The notes under the pieces: generated by a model
The model's database searches: none
What the model was told of the DNA's origin: nothing
The model's input: only the letters and a program-made list of their open reading frames with translations
From: an uncultured Spirochaetota bacterium
Lineage (GTDB): Bacteria > Spirochaetota > Spirochaetia > SZUA-6 > Fen-1364
Direction: 5' to 3'
DNA length: 64,000 nt
Assembly: GCA_963781885.1 (NCBI GenBank)
Contig: CAWAHW010000002.1
Coordinates: 384,001-448,000, forward strand
Position numbers and translations under genes: made by a program
Part shown: piece after piece, positions 21,153-33,959 of the stretch
Layout of the letters: the number at the start of each line of letters is the position of its first letter
Numbering within the stretch: the first letter of the stretch is position 1

Positions 21153-22037
21153 CTATTTCGACGGCGGAACGGGAGCCGGGGTCTGTTTCCAGGGCAGGAT
21201 GCCTGCCATTTCGCCGATCACATTCACGAGCTCCGTGTTGGAAGGAACGACGATCTTGGCGTTCGATGAAAGGGCAGCCTCGACCGCGATGAGCCTTCGG
21301 AGGAGCTGCGCGTTGCCGACGAAATACTTGTCCGCGGCCTCGTTGACGAGCTTGATGGCCTGCGCTTCGCCTTCCGCCTCCAGGATCTTGGCCTGACGGA
21401 TGCCTTCCGCCTTCTTGATCTCCGCACGGCGTGCACCGTCCGCCATTGTCTCGGTCGCCGTGGCGAAATCGATGGCCGCCACCTTTTCGTTTTCCGCCTT
21501 CACGACCTTGTTCATCGTCGCCTGGACGTCTTCCGGCGGATCGATCTCCTTCAGCTCGGTGCGCACGATATCGATGCCCCAGTGCCCGGTTTCGGCGCGC
21601 AGCGTCTTCTGCAGCTCGCTGTTGATCATGCCGCGCTCGCTGTTGGCCGTCTTCAGCGTCATCGTGCCGATGATATTGCGCAGCGTCGTGCGCGCAAGAT
21701 TGACGATCTGGTACTTGTAGTTGTTGACCGCGTACTGCGAGTTTTTAACATTCTCCTCGTCGCTTTTCACCTTGAAATAGACCTGGGCGTCGACGCTCGC
21801 GTTCAGCTTGTCGCTGGTGATGATCTCCTGCGGCTCGGCATTCACCATGACCTCTGTGATATTGATCTTGAACAGCCGATCGATGGCCGGGACAATCCAG
21901 TTGAAGCCGGGGTTGGCAAACCGGCGGTACTTGCCGAGTCTTTCCACGAGCCCGCGCGTTGTCGGGCGCACGACCCGCATGCCGGAAAAGAAAATCACCA
22001 GAACGACCACGATGCCCAGCGCAATGAGATAGTACAT
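21153..22037 (-). CDS. SPFH/band 7 (stomatin/QmcA-like) membrane protein
   Basis: N-terminal TM, VERLGKY, TTLRNIIG, WGIDIVRTE, C-terminal coiled coil EAEGEAQA; RBS GAGGAGG. Confidence 0.9.
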   Translation of the reverse strand: MYYLIALGIVVVLVIFFSGMRVVRPTTRGLVERLGKYRRFANPGFNWIVPAIDRLFKINITEVMVNAEPQEIITSDKLNASVDAQVYFKVKSDEENVKNSQYAVNNYKYQIVNLARTTLRNIIGTMTLKTANSERGMINSELQKTLRAETGHWGIDIVRTELKEIDPPEDVQATMNKVVKAENEKVAAIDFATATETMADGARRAEIKKAEGIRQAKILEAEGEAQAIKLVNEAADKYFVGNAQLLRRLIAVEAALSSNAKIVVPSNTELVNVIGEMAGILPWKQTPAPVPPSK

Positions 22038-22245
22038 GGAATCCTCCTCGCCCTTGCAGAGAGGGCATATTCCCTTGAGCTAGAAACTGAATTGGGGGTT
22101 CACTTCCAGTTGTGGGGGAACGACAGACTTATATGTGTAAAGTAACAGATAAGAAGGCCGGCGTCAAATGCAAAACATCGTCTGCGCGCGGCCGCAAGAT
22201 CGCGAATCGAGCCATGTCCGAGACGGAGAAGGATGTGTATGATGG

Positions 22246-25200
22246 TTGGGTGAGCATAGCAAGGACGTTTCCGCTCTTTCTGCGCCCGCCTGCCCCCGAG
22301 AGGGGTCGCACACGCCCGTAGGACAAAAAGCGAACGCGACTCTCACCGCCTTCTTTGCGAAAAGCGACGAAGCTTTTGCAGCCCGCGCGAAACTGAACAG
22401 GCGGGGCTTCCGCCGGATTGCACTCCTCCACAAGTCCGCGAAAGGGGAGGTGCGCACGTGGGATCCCTTCCCCGTGCGTCGCGGTTTCGCGGCCCTGCTC
22501 TCCGCCCTGGCTCTCTGCGGCATTTCGATCGCAGCGTCGCTGCTCCTTGGATGGCCGCTCCTTCCGGCGATCCTGGGATGCGCCTGCGCGGGATTGCTTG
22601 TCGGCTGGCTGTCGTATCCGCGCTCACGCCGCGGCGTCACGCACCGCCTGTTGAGGGATCATGCGCGCTGGCTGGTGTCGGAGGAGACGGTGATCGTCCT
22701 CCAGGCGCCCGTCCAGATCCTGCACCTGGCCGTTTCCCTGCTGCGGGAAGGCGGTGACATCCCGCCGGCGGTTTTCATCCTCCATCCGGAGCGGCGCCCT
22801 GCGGGGGGCGACGTTGCGAGCCCGCTCGTGCAGCTCCTGCCCGAGCAGTTCCGGGAGCACGCCGAGCGGCTGGCCTTCGATCACCGCACGGAGCCCGGTG
22901 CACGGGTCGGCGCCGAGCTGCGTGCGCGTCTGCAGAACGCGCGCCGGGAAGTGCACGAGGTGTGCATCGATCTCACCCAGGCTGCCCGTCTGGAGCAGGG
23001 GACGCCGCCCACCGCGGAGTGGATACTCGACAACGAATATGTTCTCGAGAGCAACGCGCGGGACGTCCTGGTGAACCTGTCCGTGCAGTTCTGTCGGCAG
23101 CTCCCGAGCCTGAGCGCCGGGCGATCCGCCGGCCTGCCGCGGATCTACGACCTGGCCTGCGAGCTCGTCGCGGACCACGAGCTGCGCGTGGACCGGGACA
23201 ACATCCTCGCATTCACCGCCTCCTATCAATCGGCGAGCCCACTCACCACGGGGGAGCTCTGGGCCCTCCCCCAGATGCTGCGTCTCGCGCTGATCGCGAG
23301 CATTCGGGGTCTCGCCCTCCGCGCCTCCACCGAGCTGCGGGAGAGGGAAATCGCCGCATTCTGGGCAAACAGGCTCATCCGCGCCAACCGGCGCGGCGCC
23401 GACCAGCTCTTTGCCGCGCTCGCCGCGCTCGCGGTCGCTTTGCCCGCCCCGGGGCCCTATCTCGCGGGCGAGCTGGTGGACCACCTCTACGACGAGGAAG
23501 CGGTGCTCGTGCTCGTGCAGGCGTGGCTGGAGCGCGCATTCCACCAGTCCCTGCACGAAATCCACCAGCGGGACCAGAATCGTCAGGCAAAGGACCAGAT
23601 TTCCGTCGGCAATGCATTCACCAGCCTGCGGCAGCTCGCGCTGCTGGACTGGCGGCAAATCTTCGAGCGGCTGAGCCGTGTGGAGCAGCTTCTCCGCACG
23701 GACCCCGCGGGCACGTACCCCGACATGGATTTCGACACGCGCGATCGCTATCGAAAAGCGGTCGAAGAGCTGTCACGGCGATCGCACCGTTCAGAGATCG
23801 AGGTCACTCGGGAGCTGATCGAGCTCGCCGCGGCGCAAACGCCGGGCCCCGGTTTCGATGAGCGTCGGCGCCACGTCGGCACCTGGCTGATCGGGAAGGC
23901 AAGGCCCGAGCTGCTCGCGCGGCTGGGCTGCCGCGAAAGTCGGCGCGCGCGTCGCCTCCTGTGGGTCCGTCGCCACGCATCGGCGCTCTATCTTCCCGCG
24001 ATCGCGGTCTTGACCGTCGCTTCCACCCTGGGGATATCCCTCTCCGTCCTGGACGGACAGGTCCTTGCCGCGCAGCTCGTCATGACGGCGCTCCTGTTGC
24101 TTCCTGCGAGCCAGCTCGTCATCGAGCTCCTCAACTACCTCGTCACCCGTTTCATCCCGCCCCGGAGCCTGCCGAAGATGGATTTCAAGACCACCGGCGT
24201 CCCGGACATGTTTCGCACGCTCGTCGTCGTGCCCCTGCTTCTCGGCGACGAAGAATCCATTCGCGCCGAGGTGGAAAAGCTGGAGGTTCGCTTTCTTGCC
24301 AACATGGAGCGCAATCTGCTCTTCAGCCTGTTCACCGATTTCCGCGACTCCGACGTCGTGCGGCGCGACGACGATGCGCGCCTGCTCCAGACGGTGGTGG
24401 ACGGCCTGGAGGCGCTGAACGGCCGTCATGGCGGCGGGCGCTTTCTGCTCTTTCACCGCGCGCGTGTCTGGAGCGACACCGAGCGGAAGTTCATCGGCTG
24501 GGAACGCAAGCGGGGAAAGCTCGAGGAGCTGAACGGGCTGATCGCCGGCTCCCGCCCGGAAGAATCCGCCCGTCTCGTGCACGTGGGCGATCCGGCGAGC
24601 CTCCGTGACGTGCGATTCGTGATCACCCTCGACAGCGACACGCAGCTGCCCCCGGGCGCCGCGCGTCGTCTGATTGAAACCCTGGCCCATCCCCTGAACA
24701 GCCCTCGTTTCGATCCGGCGGGAAGGGTCGAGGCCGGCACCTTCACGATCATCCAGCCTCGCGTGAGCCCATCACTGCCCAGCGCGAGCGCCTCTCCCTT
24801 CAGCCGGCTTTTCGCCGATGCCGTGGGCATCGACCCCTACACGCACGCGGTTTCCGACGTCCACCAGGACCTCACGGGAGAGGGCTCCTATTACGGCAAA
24901 GGCATCTATGACGTGCGCGCCTTCGACCGTGTGCTGACGGGACGATTCCCCGATGAGCGCCTCTTGAGCCATGACCTGATCGAGGGCGCTCATGTCCGCG
25001 TGGGGCTGGCCAGCGACATCGAGCTCTATGACGAGTTCCCCCAGGGGTACGCCGGGTATGCAGGCCGGCAGCACCGCTGGATACGCGGCGACTGGCAGAT
25101 CGCGCGATGGGTGACGGGCCGGATTCCGCGGCGGGACGGCGGCAGCGAGCGAAATCCCCTTTCTGTTTTCGACCGCTGGAAGCTCCTGGACAATCTGCGC

Positions 25201-28200
25201 CGCAGCCTCGTCCCCGCGGCAAGCGTGGTGGCGCTCGCCGCCTGCTGGTTCGTCGCGCCACGGGCGGGCTGGATCGCGACGGCGATCGTCGCCGGGCAGC
25301 TCCTCTTCCGGCCCCTGGCGCAGCCCTTCACCATGATGACCTCCTGCAAGGGCCTGAAGGGTTTCTCATTTTCCCGCATCGCCCACGATGTCGCGCGCGC
25401 CCTCGCGGATGCCGCCCTTCTTCCCCACCAGGCCGCGCTCGCCGTGGATGCCATCGTCCGCACGGCATATCGCAGCCTCATTTCCCACAGGAGGATGCTG
25501 CAGTGGAGCTCCGCGCAGGCGCTGCCCGGCGTTGGCACGCGGGGAGCGACCGTGCTGCTGGTCCCCCTGTGCGTCATCAGCTTCGCGAGCGTCGCGGCCG
25601 CGCTCCTGCTGGCGCGCGGAAATCCCATCGGCTTCGCGAACGCCGCTCCGTGGCTGGCCGCGTGGTTTCTTTCACCCGTCGCGGCAGGGCTGCTGAATCT
25701 GAGGCCGCATGCGCAGGAGAAGCCTCTCCCAATACCGCCGGCGGATGCGCGCTTCATGCGGGAGATCGCACGACGGACGTGGCGGTATTTCGACGATTTT
25801 GTCGGTGCCGACTCCTCCTGGCTCCCGCCGGACAACTACCAGGCGTTTCCACGGAACGAGCTCGCGCTGCGGACGAGTCCCACCAATATCGGGTTCTGGA
25901 TGGTGAGCCTGCTCGCCGCGCGCGATTTCGGCTACCAGACCCTCGACCAGGTCGTCGAAAGGCTCACAAGGACGTTGGAGACGATCCAGGGTCTGGAGCG
26001 TTTCGAAGGACACCTGCTGAACTGGTACGATCTGCGGACGCGCGCCCCGTTGGAGCCCCGCTACGTTTCCACCGTGGACAGCGGAAATCTCCTGGGAAGC
26101 CTGGTGGCGCTCACGCACGGCCTGGAGGAGCTCATCCGGGAGCCGGTGCTCGACGGCAGCGTCTTTTCCGGTCTCCGCGACACGGGCAGGATCCTTCGAC
26201 GCATTCTCGGTCGTGACAGATCGCCGAGCTCTTCGTCGCGCGCTCTCGCCAGTCTCCTGGGCGCGTGGGGAAGCGCGCCGGACCGCTTCGCCCACGCGCT
26301 CCGTCTTCTGCGGCGCGGCGACAAGGCGATGGCGTCTCTCACCGGTGAGGGCGACGAGCGGACGTATTGGGCGGCGCAGCTGGCGGCGCAGACGGCGGCC
26401 GCGCGGCAGATCGCGGACCGCTACCTTGCCTGGATCGAGATACTCGCGGAGAAGTCCGAGGTGGAGCTTTCGGTGCTGGGGCGCGAGGTGGTCGACGCGG
26501 TAAGGGTCGACACACGCCGGGCGCCATCGCTCGTCGCGCTCGCCGGGGGAGACGTCGGCAGCATGCGCCTTCTGCAGAAGATCGCGGACGCGGCGCCCGA
26601 CGGCCCGCTCTCCGCGTGGCGCGACCGTGTGCTGCAGGCCTTCTCCACCTCGCGCTGGCTCGCCGGCGAAATCCTGGCCCAGGCGCACGGCCTGATGGAT
26701 GCATGTCGGACCCTCGCGGAACAGATCGACATGCGCTTCCTCTACGACGCGGATCGCCGGCTCTTCTCCATCGGCCACAATGTCTCCGAGGGCCGGCGGG
26801 ACGGGGCGTACTACGACCTGCTTGCCAGCGAATCGCGGCTGGGCAGCTTCGTGGCCATTGCGCGGGGCGACGTTCCCTTCGAGCACTGGTTTTCCCTGAG
26901 CCGGCCCTATTCCGCCGTGGGCCGCCATCGCGTGCTCCTGAGCTGGACGGGCACGATGTTCGAATACTTCATGCCGCTGATCTTCCAGCGCTCCCTGCCG
27001 CACACGCTGCTGGACGAGGCGTCGCGCGGCGCCCTTGCCGTGCAGATCGCATACGGCCGCCAGCATCACGTGCCGTGGGGCATCTCGGAATCCGCCTTCT
27101 CCGATCTCGACCTCAACCGCATCTATCAATACAGGGCCTTCGGCGTTCCCGCGTTGGGGCTGAAGCGCGAGATCGAGGAGAAGGTCGTCGTGTCCCCCTA
27201 TGCCACGATGCTGGCGGCCGTCATTGCACCGCGGGAGGCGCTTCGCAACCTGCGACACCTGGCCGCGCTGGGCCTCCTCGCGGGCCACGGCTATTACGAG
27301 GCCATCGATTTCAGCCGGCAGCACGGGCGCATCGGCGAGCGCGGCGTGATCGTGCAGGCCTTCATGGCGCATCACCAGGGCATGGGTTTTCTTTCCCTGG
27401 CAAATCTCCTCCTCGACGGGGCGATCAGACGACGGTTCCATGCCGACGGACGCGTCCGGGCCGCCGAGCCGCTGCTGCACGAACGGGTCCCCGGCCTGCC
27501 GTCCGTGCAGCACATCTCGACCCGGGAGCGCGCGCCGAGCGCCGACAGTATCGGGGAGGCGCCGCCCTCCACGAGCACGTTCGACACGGCGCATACCCGC
27601 ACGCCGAAGACGCAGCTCCTCAGCAATGGCCGCTACAGCGTCATGCTCACCAACGCGGGAGGCGGCTACAGTCAGTGGGGCGCGGATGAGATCACGCGGT
27701 TCCGCTCCGACGGGACGCGTGACCCGTGGGGAACGTTCCTCTATCTTGCCGAGCCGGAAACGGGCGTGATCTGGTCCGCCGCCTTCCAGCCCTGCGGCGC
27801 ACCCGCCGAGCCGTACTCCGTCTCCTTTGCGCTGGATCGCGCGGCGTTCCGACGCGTCGACAATGGGATCCAGACGGCGACCGAGATCGTCGTCTCACCC
27901 GAAGACGACGTGGAGATCCGCCGCATCACTCTTTCCAACCGATCCCTCCGTACACGGCGCATCGAATGCAGCAGCTATGTGGAGTTGTCGATGGCCCCGC
28001 ACGCCGCCGACATGCAGCACCCGGCCTTCAACAAGATGTTCATCCAGACGGAGTCCCTCCCCGCCGTCCACGCGCTCCTGGCCAGTCGGCGTCCGCGGGG
28101 GGAAGGGGCGCCGCGGCTGTACGTGGCCCACCGTGTCACCCTGGAGACCGGCGTCGAGGAGCCCCTTCGCTTCGAGACCGACAGGCGCGTGTTCATCGGC

Positions 28201-31200
28201 AGGGGACGTACCCTTGCCAACCCCCGGGGAAGCGCGGAGGAGCCGCACAACAGCGAGGGCTATGTCCTGGATCCGATCCTGAGTCTGCGCACGACATTCC
28301 GCCTTTCTCCCGGGCAGCGTGCCGTCTTCTCTCTGGTGATCGCGGCCGGCTCCAGTCGCGATCATGTCGTGAATCTCATGAGCAAATACGCCGACGCGCA
28401 TGCCCTCAATCGCGCCATGGATTTCGCATGGGCGGCCGCGCAGCTCGAGCTCCGCGTCCTGCGCATCCAGCCCGACGATGCGCGTCGATTCCAGCAGCTT
28501 GCCAGCGCCCTGATCTACCCCAACCGGCTGTTGCGGTCCGCCGGGGAGAGGATCGCGGAGAACGTCAAAGGCCAGGCCGGTCTCTGGCCCTATGGGATCT
28601 CGGGCGATCTGCCCATCGCCCTGGTGACGATCGGCGAGATGCGGGACGTCGGCCTGATCGGCCAGATGCTGCAGGCCCATACCTATTGGCGCATGCACGG
28701 GCTCGCCGTGGACCTCGTGATCCTCGCGGAGGAGTCCAGCAGCTACGAGCGGCCCGTGCACGAGAGGCTGGAGGCCCTGATCCAGGCGCACGCGACGCAG
28801 ACGGGCAGGGACAAGCCGGGCGGGGTGTACCTGCGCAGCGCCGACCAGATGCCGGAAGGGGACTTGACCCTCCTGCATGCCGCGGCGAGCGTCGTGCTCG
28901 TCGGCGCGCGCGGTCCGCTGTCCCAGCAGGTGGGCATTCCCGGCGAGTCACCCGATCCCGCTTCGCGACCCGCGTGGAAAAGGGCGCCGGAGGACAGGTC
29001 ACGACCGCTTCCCTTCCTCGAGCTTCCCTACTTCAACGGTCTGGGCGGCTTCACCCCGGACGGCCGTGAATACGCGATCTATCTTGCTGCCCGGAACCCA
29101 CACCCCCGCCCCCTGGGTGAATGTGCTGGCCAATCCGGGCTTCGGGACGCTCGTGAGCGAAACAGGCGCCGGCTTCACCTGGAACGGGAACAGCCAGAGA
29201 AACCGTCTCAGCGTCTGGTCGAACGATCCCGTCACCGACCCCGCCTCCGAGGCGTTGTATATCCGGGACGAGGAAACGGGCGCCTGCTGGACTCCCACGG
29301 CGGCACCCATTCGCGAGGAGGCGGCGTACCGGGCGCGGCACGGGGCCGGTTATTCGGTATTCGAGCACAACAGCAATGGCATCGAGCAGGAGCTCACGGT
29401 GTTCGTGCCCATGGATGGCAAGGGCGGTTTGCCGGTCAAGGTGCAGAGGCTGCGGCTGAAGAACGACTCGGAGAGAACCCGAACCCTGTCGCTGACGTTC
29501 TACGTGGAATGGGTGCTCGGCGAAAATCGCGAAAGCGCCCAGATGCACGTTGTGACCGGTTGGGACGGCGACTTCCATGCCCTCATTGCCCGAAACAGGT
29601 TCCACCCCGAGCTCGGGGACCGTGTCGCTTTCACGGCTCTGAGCGTTCCCGTGGAATCCTGGTGCGGGGACCGCACGTCGTTCCTCGGCCGCAATGGCGG
29701 CCTGGAGTCAGCCGCGGCCCTGCGCGAGCTTTCTCTTTCCGGGCGCACGGGCGCGGGATTCGATCCCTGCGGCGCTCTGCGCACGACGCTCACGCTCGCG
29801 CCCGGCGAGACGACGGAGGTGGCGGTATTTCTTGGTGAGGCGGAATCCCGGGAAGCCGTCCATGCCCTGCTGTCAACGCTCCGCTCTGCCGGCAAAGTCG
29901 ATGCGGCGCTCGACGACACCCGCGCATGGTGGAACGATCTCCTGGGCGCGGTCGACGTGCACACCCCCGAGCTGGCCGCGGACTTCCTGATCAACCGATG
30001 GCTCCTGTACCAGTGCGTGAGCTGCCGGATCTGGGGACGTTCCGCTTTCTACCAGTCCGGCGGCGCGTTCGGATTCCGCGACCAGCTGCAGGACGTCATG
30101 GCTCTCCTGCATGCCGCGCCCGGCCTCGCGCGCGACCACATCATCCTCGCGGCAAGCCGTCAGTTCCGTGAAGGCGATGTCCAGCACTGGTGGCATCCTC
30201 CGAGCGGCGCGGGGATACGATCGCGCATCAGCGACGATCTCCTCTGGCTGCCATTCGTCGTGGCCCACTACCTGCGGGTCACGGGTGATGCCGGGATTCT
30301 GGACGAAATGATCCCCTTCCTGGACGGTCCGCTTCTGCGAGAGGACCAGCATGAGGCCTTTTTCACGCCGACGACCTCACCCGAGACTGCAACCCTTTTC
30401 GAGCACTGTCGGCGGGCCGTTGCGCGCGGGCTCACGGAGGGGCCGCACGGGCTGCCGCTCATCGGCACGGGGGACTGGAATGACGGGCTGAATCTCGTCG
30501 GGGTCGGCGGCAAAGGGGAGAGCTCCTGGCTGGGCTGGTTCCTCGTGGATGTTCTTTCGGGCATGTCGGAAATGGCCATCGCGCGGGAACAGCCCGGCCT
30601 GAGCGCCGACTACCTGCAGAAGCGCGACGCGCTTGCGGCGCGCGTCGAAAGGGCGGCGTGGGACGGAGAGTGGTACATCCGCGCGATATTCGATGACGGT
30701 ACCCTGCTGGGCGCGGCGGTGAATGCCGAGGCGCGCATCGACTCCCTGCCGCAGGCCTGGGCACAGCTCTGCGGCGGCGCCGACGGCGATCGAACGCGCC
30801 GGGCGCTGGAATCGGCCTGGACACAGCTCGTTCGGGAGGAGGAGGGACTGGCGCTCCTTTTCACCCCCCCCTTCGACAAGGCCGTGCCGTCGCCCGGCTA
30901 CATCCAGGGCTACCCGCCGGGGGTCCGTGAGAACGGGGGGCAGTATACCCACGCCGCCCTGTGGCTCGCGATGGCTTTTGCCCGCCAGGGGAATGGAACC
31001 CGCGCCGCACAGCTCTTGCGCTTGCTCAACCCGATCGAGCAGGCGCGCAATCCGCAAGCTGTCGGGCGGTACGCTGTGGAGCCCTACGTTCTTGCGGCGG
31101 ACGTCTACAGCCTGCCGGGCCGGATCGGAATGGGCGGATGGTCGTGGTACACCGGCTCTGCCTCGTGGATGTACCGTGTCTGGGTCGAGGAGGTGCTCGG

Positions 31201-31498
31201 CCTGAAAGTGCGCGGGAACAGTCTGCGGCTCGATCCGGTCATCCCGGGCTGGTGGAGCGGGTTCCGCGTGCAGTATCGCCACGGCAAGGCTCTCTACGCC
31301 ATCCGAGTCGACAACCCCGACGGGTGCGAGCGCGGCGTGTCCTGGATCGTCATGGACGGTCGACGCCTTGAAGAGCGCATCATCCCTCTGGCCTCTGATC
31401 CGATCACGCATGATATCATCGTGTGCATGGGTGCGCCGTCACAAGACCCGGTGCCTGCGGCCGCCGGTGACCAACGCGTGAAGGAGCCTGCCACGTGA
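22246..31498 (+). CDS. ndvB: Cyclic beta-1,2-glucan synthase (Cgs/NdvB/ChvB type: GT84, cyclisation domain, C-terminal GH94 phosphorylase), frameshift at ~29080-29095; start uncertain
   Basis: WILDNEY, GWERKRGKL, TLDSDT, SHDLIEG, RQHRWIRGDWQ, PPDNYQ, TSPTNIG, YDLLASE, MAHHQGM; the second frame gives YQSGGAFGFRDQLQD, GDWNDG, RENGGQYTHAA, WYTGSA. Confidence 0.88.
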
Positions 31499-31917
31499 TC
31501 GCGCACGTGGCGTTCCTGGTCAGAGACTACGACGAGGCGATTGCCTTTTTCACGGAGAAGCTCGGCTTCACGCTCCGGGAGGACACCGCGCGGGGGCCGG
31601 GCAGGCGCTGGGTCGTCGTTGCGCCGCCGGCATCTCCTGCCGCGCGGGCGGGCGGAGATGGGGCGACACTCCTGCTCGCGCGGGCGGCGAACGACGAGCA
31701 GGCGCGTATGGTCGGCAACCAGGCCGCGGGCCGCGTTTTTCTTTTCCTGCACACGGACGACTTTCAGCGCGACTACGAAGCGATGCGGACGCGCGGCGTC
31801 GAGTTCCTCGAAACGCCGCGAATGGAACCGTACGGGCATGTCGCCGTCTTTCGCGACCTCTATGGCAACAAGTGGGACCTGCTCGGTCCGTCAATCCAAA
31901 GGGGGGCGACGTCATGA
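31495..31917 (+). CDS. VOC (glyoxalase-like) family protein
   Basis: V.DYDEAIAFFTEKLGF, GVEF...PR.EPYG.VAVF.DLYGNKWDL; GTGA overlap with the ndvB stop. Confidence 0.88.
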   Translation: MIAHVAFLVRDYDEAIAFFTEKLGFTLREDTARGPGRRWVVVAPPASPAARAGGDGATLLLARAANDEQARMVGNQAAGRVFLFLHTDDFQRDYEAMRTRGVEFLETPRMEPYGHVAVFRDLYGNKWDLLGPSIQRGATS

Positions 31918-32105
31918 AAAGCTCATTGATTGTCCGCGCGATTTTCGTGGGTCTCATCGGGCTCGTGATCGGTGTGGTCTTCACGGCCGTGCTGAATCTC
32001 CTGAGCCCGGCGGAGAATCTGGTGCGGACGGTGGTCCTTGTCTGCTTTGCGGCATTCTGCGCGGCCTTTACCGGCTATGTCCTCGGCGCGCGCCAGAAGA
32101 AGTAG
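31914..32105 (+). CDS. Small two-TM membrane protein, unknown function
   Basis: 63 aa, two hydrophobic helices, ATGA overlap with the VOC gene, G-rich RBS. Confidence 0.65.
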   Translation: MKSSLIVRAIFVGLIGLVIGVVFTAVLNLLSPAENLVRTVVLVCFAAFCAAFTGYVLGARQKK

Positions 32106-32226
32106 CTCCTTGCGGATCGACCGGCGCTGACGAAGCGCGGGCGGCGCCCCATTCCGGCCCGGCCCCCGCCGGCTCCCGGCGCCGAATTGGATGGCAATAG
32201 CCCGGCGTTATCCGTACATTCCAAGG

Positions 32227-32445
32227 ATGAGCATATCAAAAGGTTTTGGCGTTGTTCTCCTGATCGCGGGCGTCGTTCTCATCATCGTCGGCATCGTGGC
32301 ATCACGTTCCCTGGCAGACAATGTGAGCAACTTTTTCGTCGGGCATTTCACGAAGAGCACCATGTGGTACATCTTCGGCGGCATTGCGTCGGCCGTTCTC
32401 GGCCTGCTGTTGACGCTCGGCGTTTTCGGAAAGGCGCGATCATGA
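32227..32445 (+). CDS. DUF3185 family small membrane protein
   Basis: TM-(ASRSLADNVSNFFVGHFTKSTMWY)-TM pattern typical of DUF3185. Confidence 0.7.
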   Translation: MSISKGFGVVLLIAGVVLIIVGIVASRSLADNVSNFFVGHFTKSTMWYIFGGIASAVLGLLLTLGVFGKARS

Positions 32446-32600
32446 ATCTCCTGTTGATCATCGGCATCGTCTTCGTCGCGCTGTGGGTCTTGGGGCTCGT
32501 CAGCGCATACACGCTGGGCGGCTTCATCTATGTCGCGCTTGTCGTCGGTTTGGCGCTTGCTGCCATTTCCTTCGTCATGCGACTGCGCCTGCGAAAATAG
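32442..32600 (+). CDS. lmo0937-family small membrane protein
   Basis: LWVLGLVSAYTLGGFIY signature; ATGA overlap with the DUF3185 gene. Confidence 0.72.
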   Translation: MNLLLIIGIVFVALWVLGLVSAYTLGGFIYVALVVGLALAAISFVMRLRLRK

Positions 32601-32621
32601 CTACGGGGGACGGCGCCCCCC

Positions 32622-33881
32622 TCACCGCGCCGCGGCAGCCGCCGCGCCCGTCCCGTTCGTCAGAATCCCCAACGCCTGCTTGAGCTGCGGGTCGCTCGCT
32701 GCATCGAAGGCCTCGCGCGACATCCCCTTGAGGGAAGCGGGCGTGAGGGGCTCCGCATCCGGTGGCATCGTGACCGCGAGATCGGGAGCGATGCCGGTAT
32801 GCCAGATGCTGCGTCCCTTCGGCGTGAGCCATTCCCGGACCGCCAGCCGCAGGACGGAGCCGTCGGAGAGCGGGAAATCGCTCAGCACGGTGCCCGTGCC
32901 GAATGTCGTTGCGCCGATCACGGTCGCGCGCCGGGCATCCTGCAGCGCGCCGGCCACGATTTCCGCGGCGCTCGCCGTGCCCCGGTTGACGAGCACCGCG
33001 ACGGGAAGGTTTGTCGCGGCGCCCCTGCCGCTGGCCGCATCGTGCTCGATCGCGCCGTGGGAATCCCTCTCTAATAGCACGTCGCCGCCGCGGAGAAGCT
33101 CGCTCGCCACGGCGATGGCCTCGTTCAGGACGCCGCCCGGATCGTTGCGCATGTCAAGAATGGCGCCCCGCAGGCCCTGCGCCTGGATCCCCCGCAGGGC
33201 CTCCTTCACCGCCCTGTCCGTGCCGGGATTGAAATCCGCGATGCGAAGGTCGGCAACCCTGGTGCCGGGGATCGCGGTCCACGAGACGGAGGTGAAGTGA
33301 ATACGGGTGCGCCGCAGGGTCACGTCGAATTGCCGGTGCGCGGCAGGGTCGGCAATGCTCAGGGTCACGGTCGTTCCGGCAGGGCCGTCGACGCGCGCGA
33401 CGACGTGGGTGAGGTCCATGCCGGCGACGCTTTCTCCATCGACCTTCACGATCTGCTCGCCGGCGCGCAGCCCGGCGGCGATCGCCGGGGAGTTATCCAG
33501 GGGCGCGACGATCTGGACGGCATCGTTTCGCGATTCTATTTCCAGGCCGACGCCGACGTAGTCGCCGCGCAGGAGCGCCCGTTCGTCCTTGACCATCGCC
33601 GGAGAGAGGAAGCCGCTGTGCCCGGTGTCGCCCAGCGCGTCCACCATGCCGGAAATTGCCCCCTGCGTCAGGGCAACGGGCGCGAGGGCGGGCCGGTCCA
33701 CGTACTCGTGATCAATGAGGTCCCATGCCTCGCGGATGAGCGCGAAGTCGGGCTGCGTCGCGGCGGGCGTCGGCGCCGTGCGGCCAGGTCGTGACAGCGC
33801 GTACCGGTCGAACAACGCCCCGAGGGAGAAGGCGGCCACGGCGCCGACGGCGATGAGGAGTGGAGCCGAAATCTTTCGCAT
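32622..33881 (-). CDS. ctpA: S41 family C-terminal processing peptidase with PDZ domain
   Basis: GVGLEI PDZ motif, LDMRNDPGG, TASAAEIVAGAL (catalytic Ser), TFGTG (Thr where Lys is usual), WLTPKG. Confidence 0.85.
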   Translation of the reverse strand: MRKISAPLLIAVGAVAAFSLGALFDRYALSRPGRTAPTPAATQPDFALIREAWDLIDHEYVDRPALAPVALTQGAISGMVDALGDTGHSGFLSPAMVKDERALLRGDYVGVGLEIESRNDAVQIVAPLDNSPAIAAGLRAGEQIVKVDGESVAGMDLTHVVARVDGPAGTTVTLSIADPAAHRQFDVTLRRTRIHFTSVSWTAIPGTRVADLRIADFNPGTDRAVKEALRGIQAQGLRGAILDMRNDPGGVLNEAIAVASELLRGGDVLLERDSHGAIEHDAASGRGAATNLPVAVLVNRGTASAAEIVAGALQDARRATVIGATTFGTGTVLSDFPLSDGSVLRLAVREWLTPKGRSIWHTGIAPDLAVTMPPDAEPLTPASLKGMSREAFDAASDPQLKQALGILTNGTGAAAAAAR

Positions 33882-33959
33882 GGTGCATTTAATGTAAGCT
33901 TTTCCGCGGGCTTTGGTCCTGGCCTTGTCGCGTTCACCGCGCGGGAGTACGTTCTTCGC

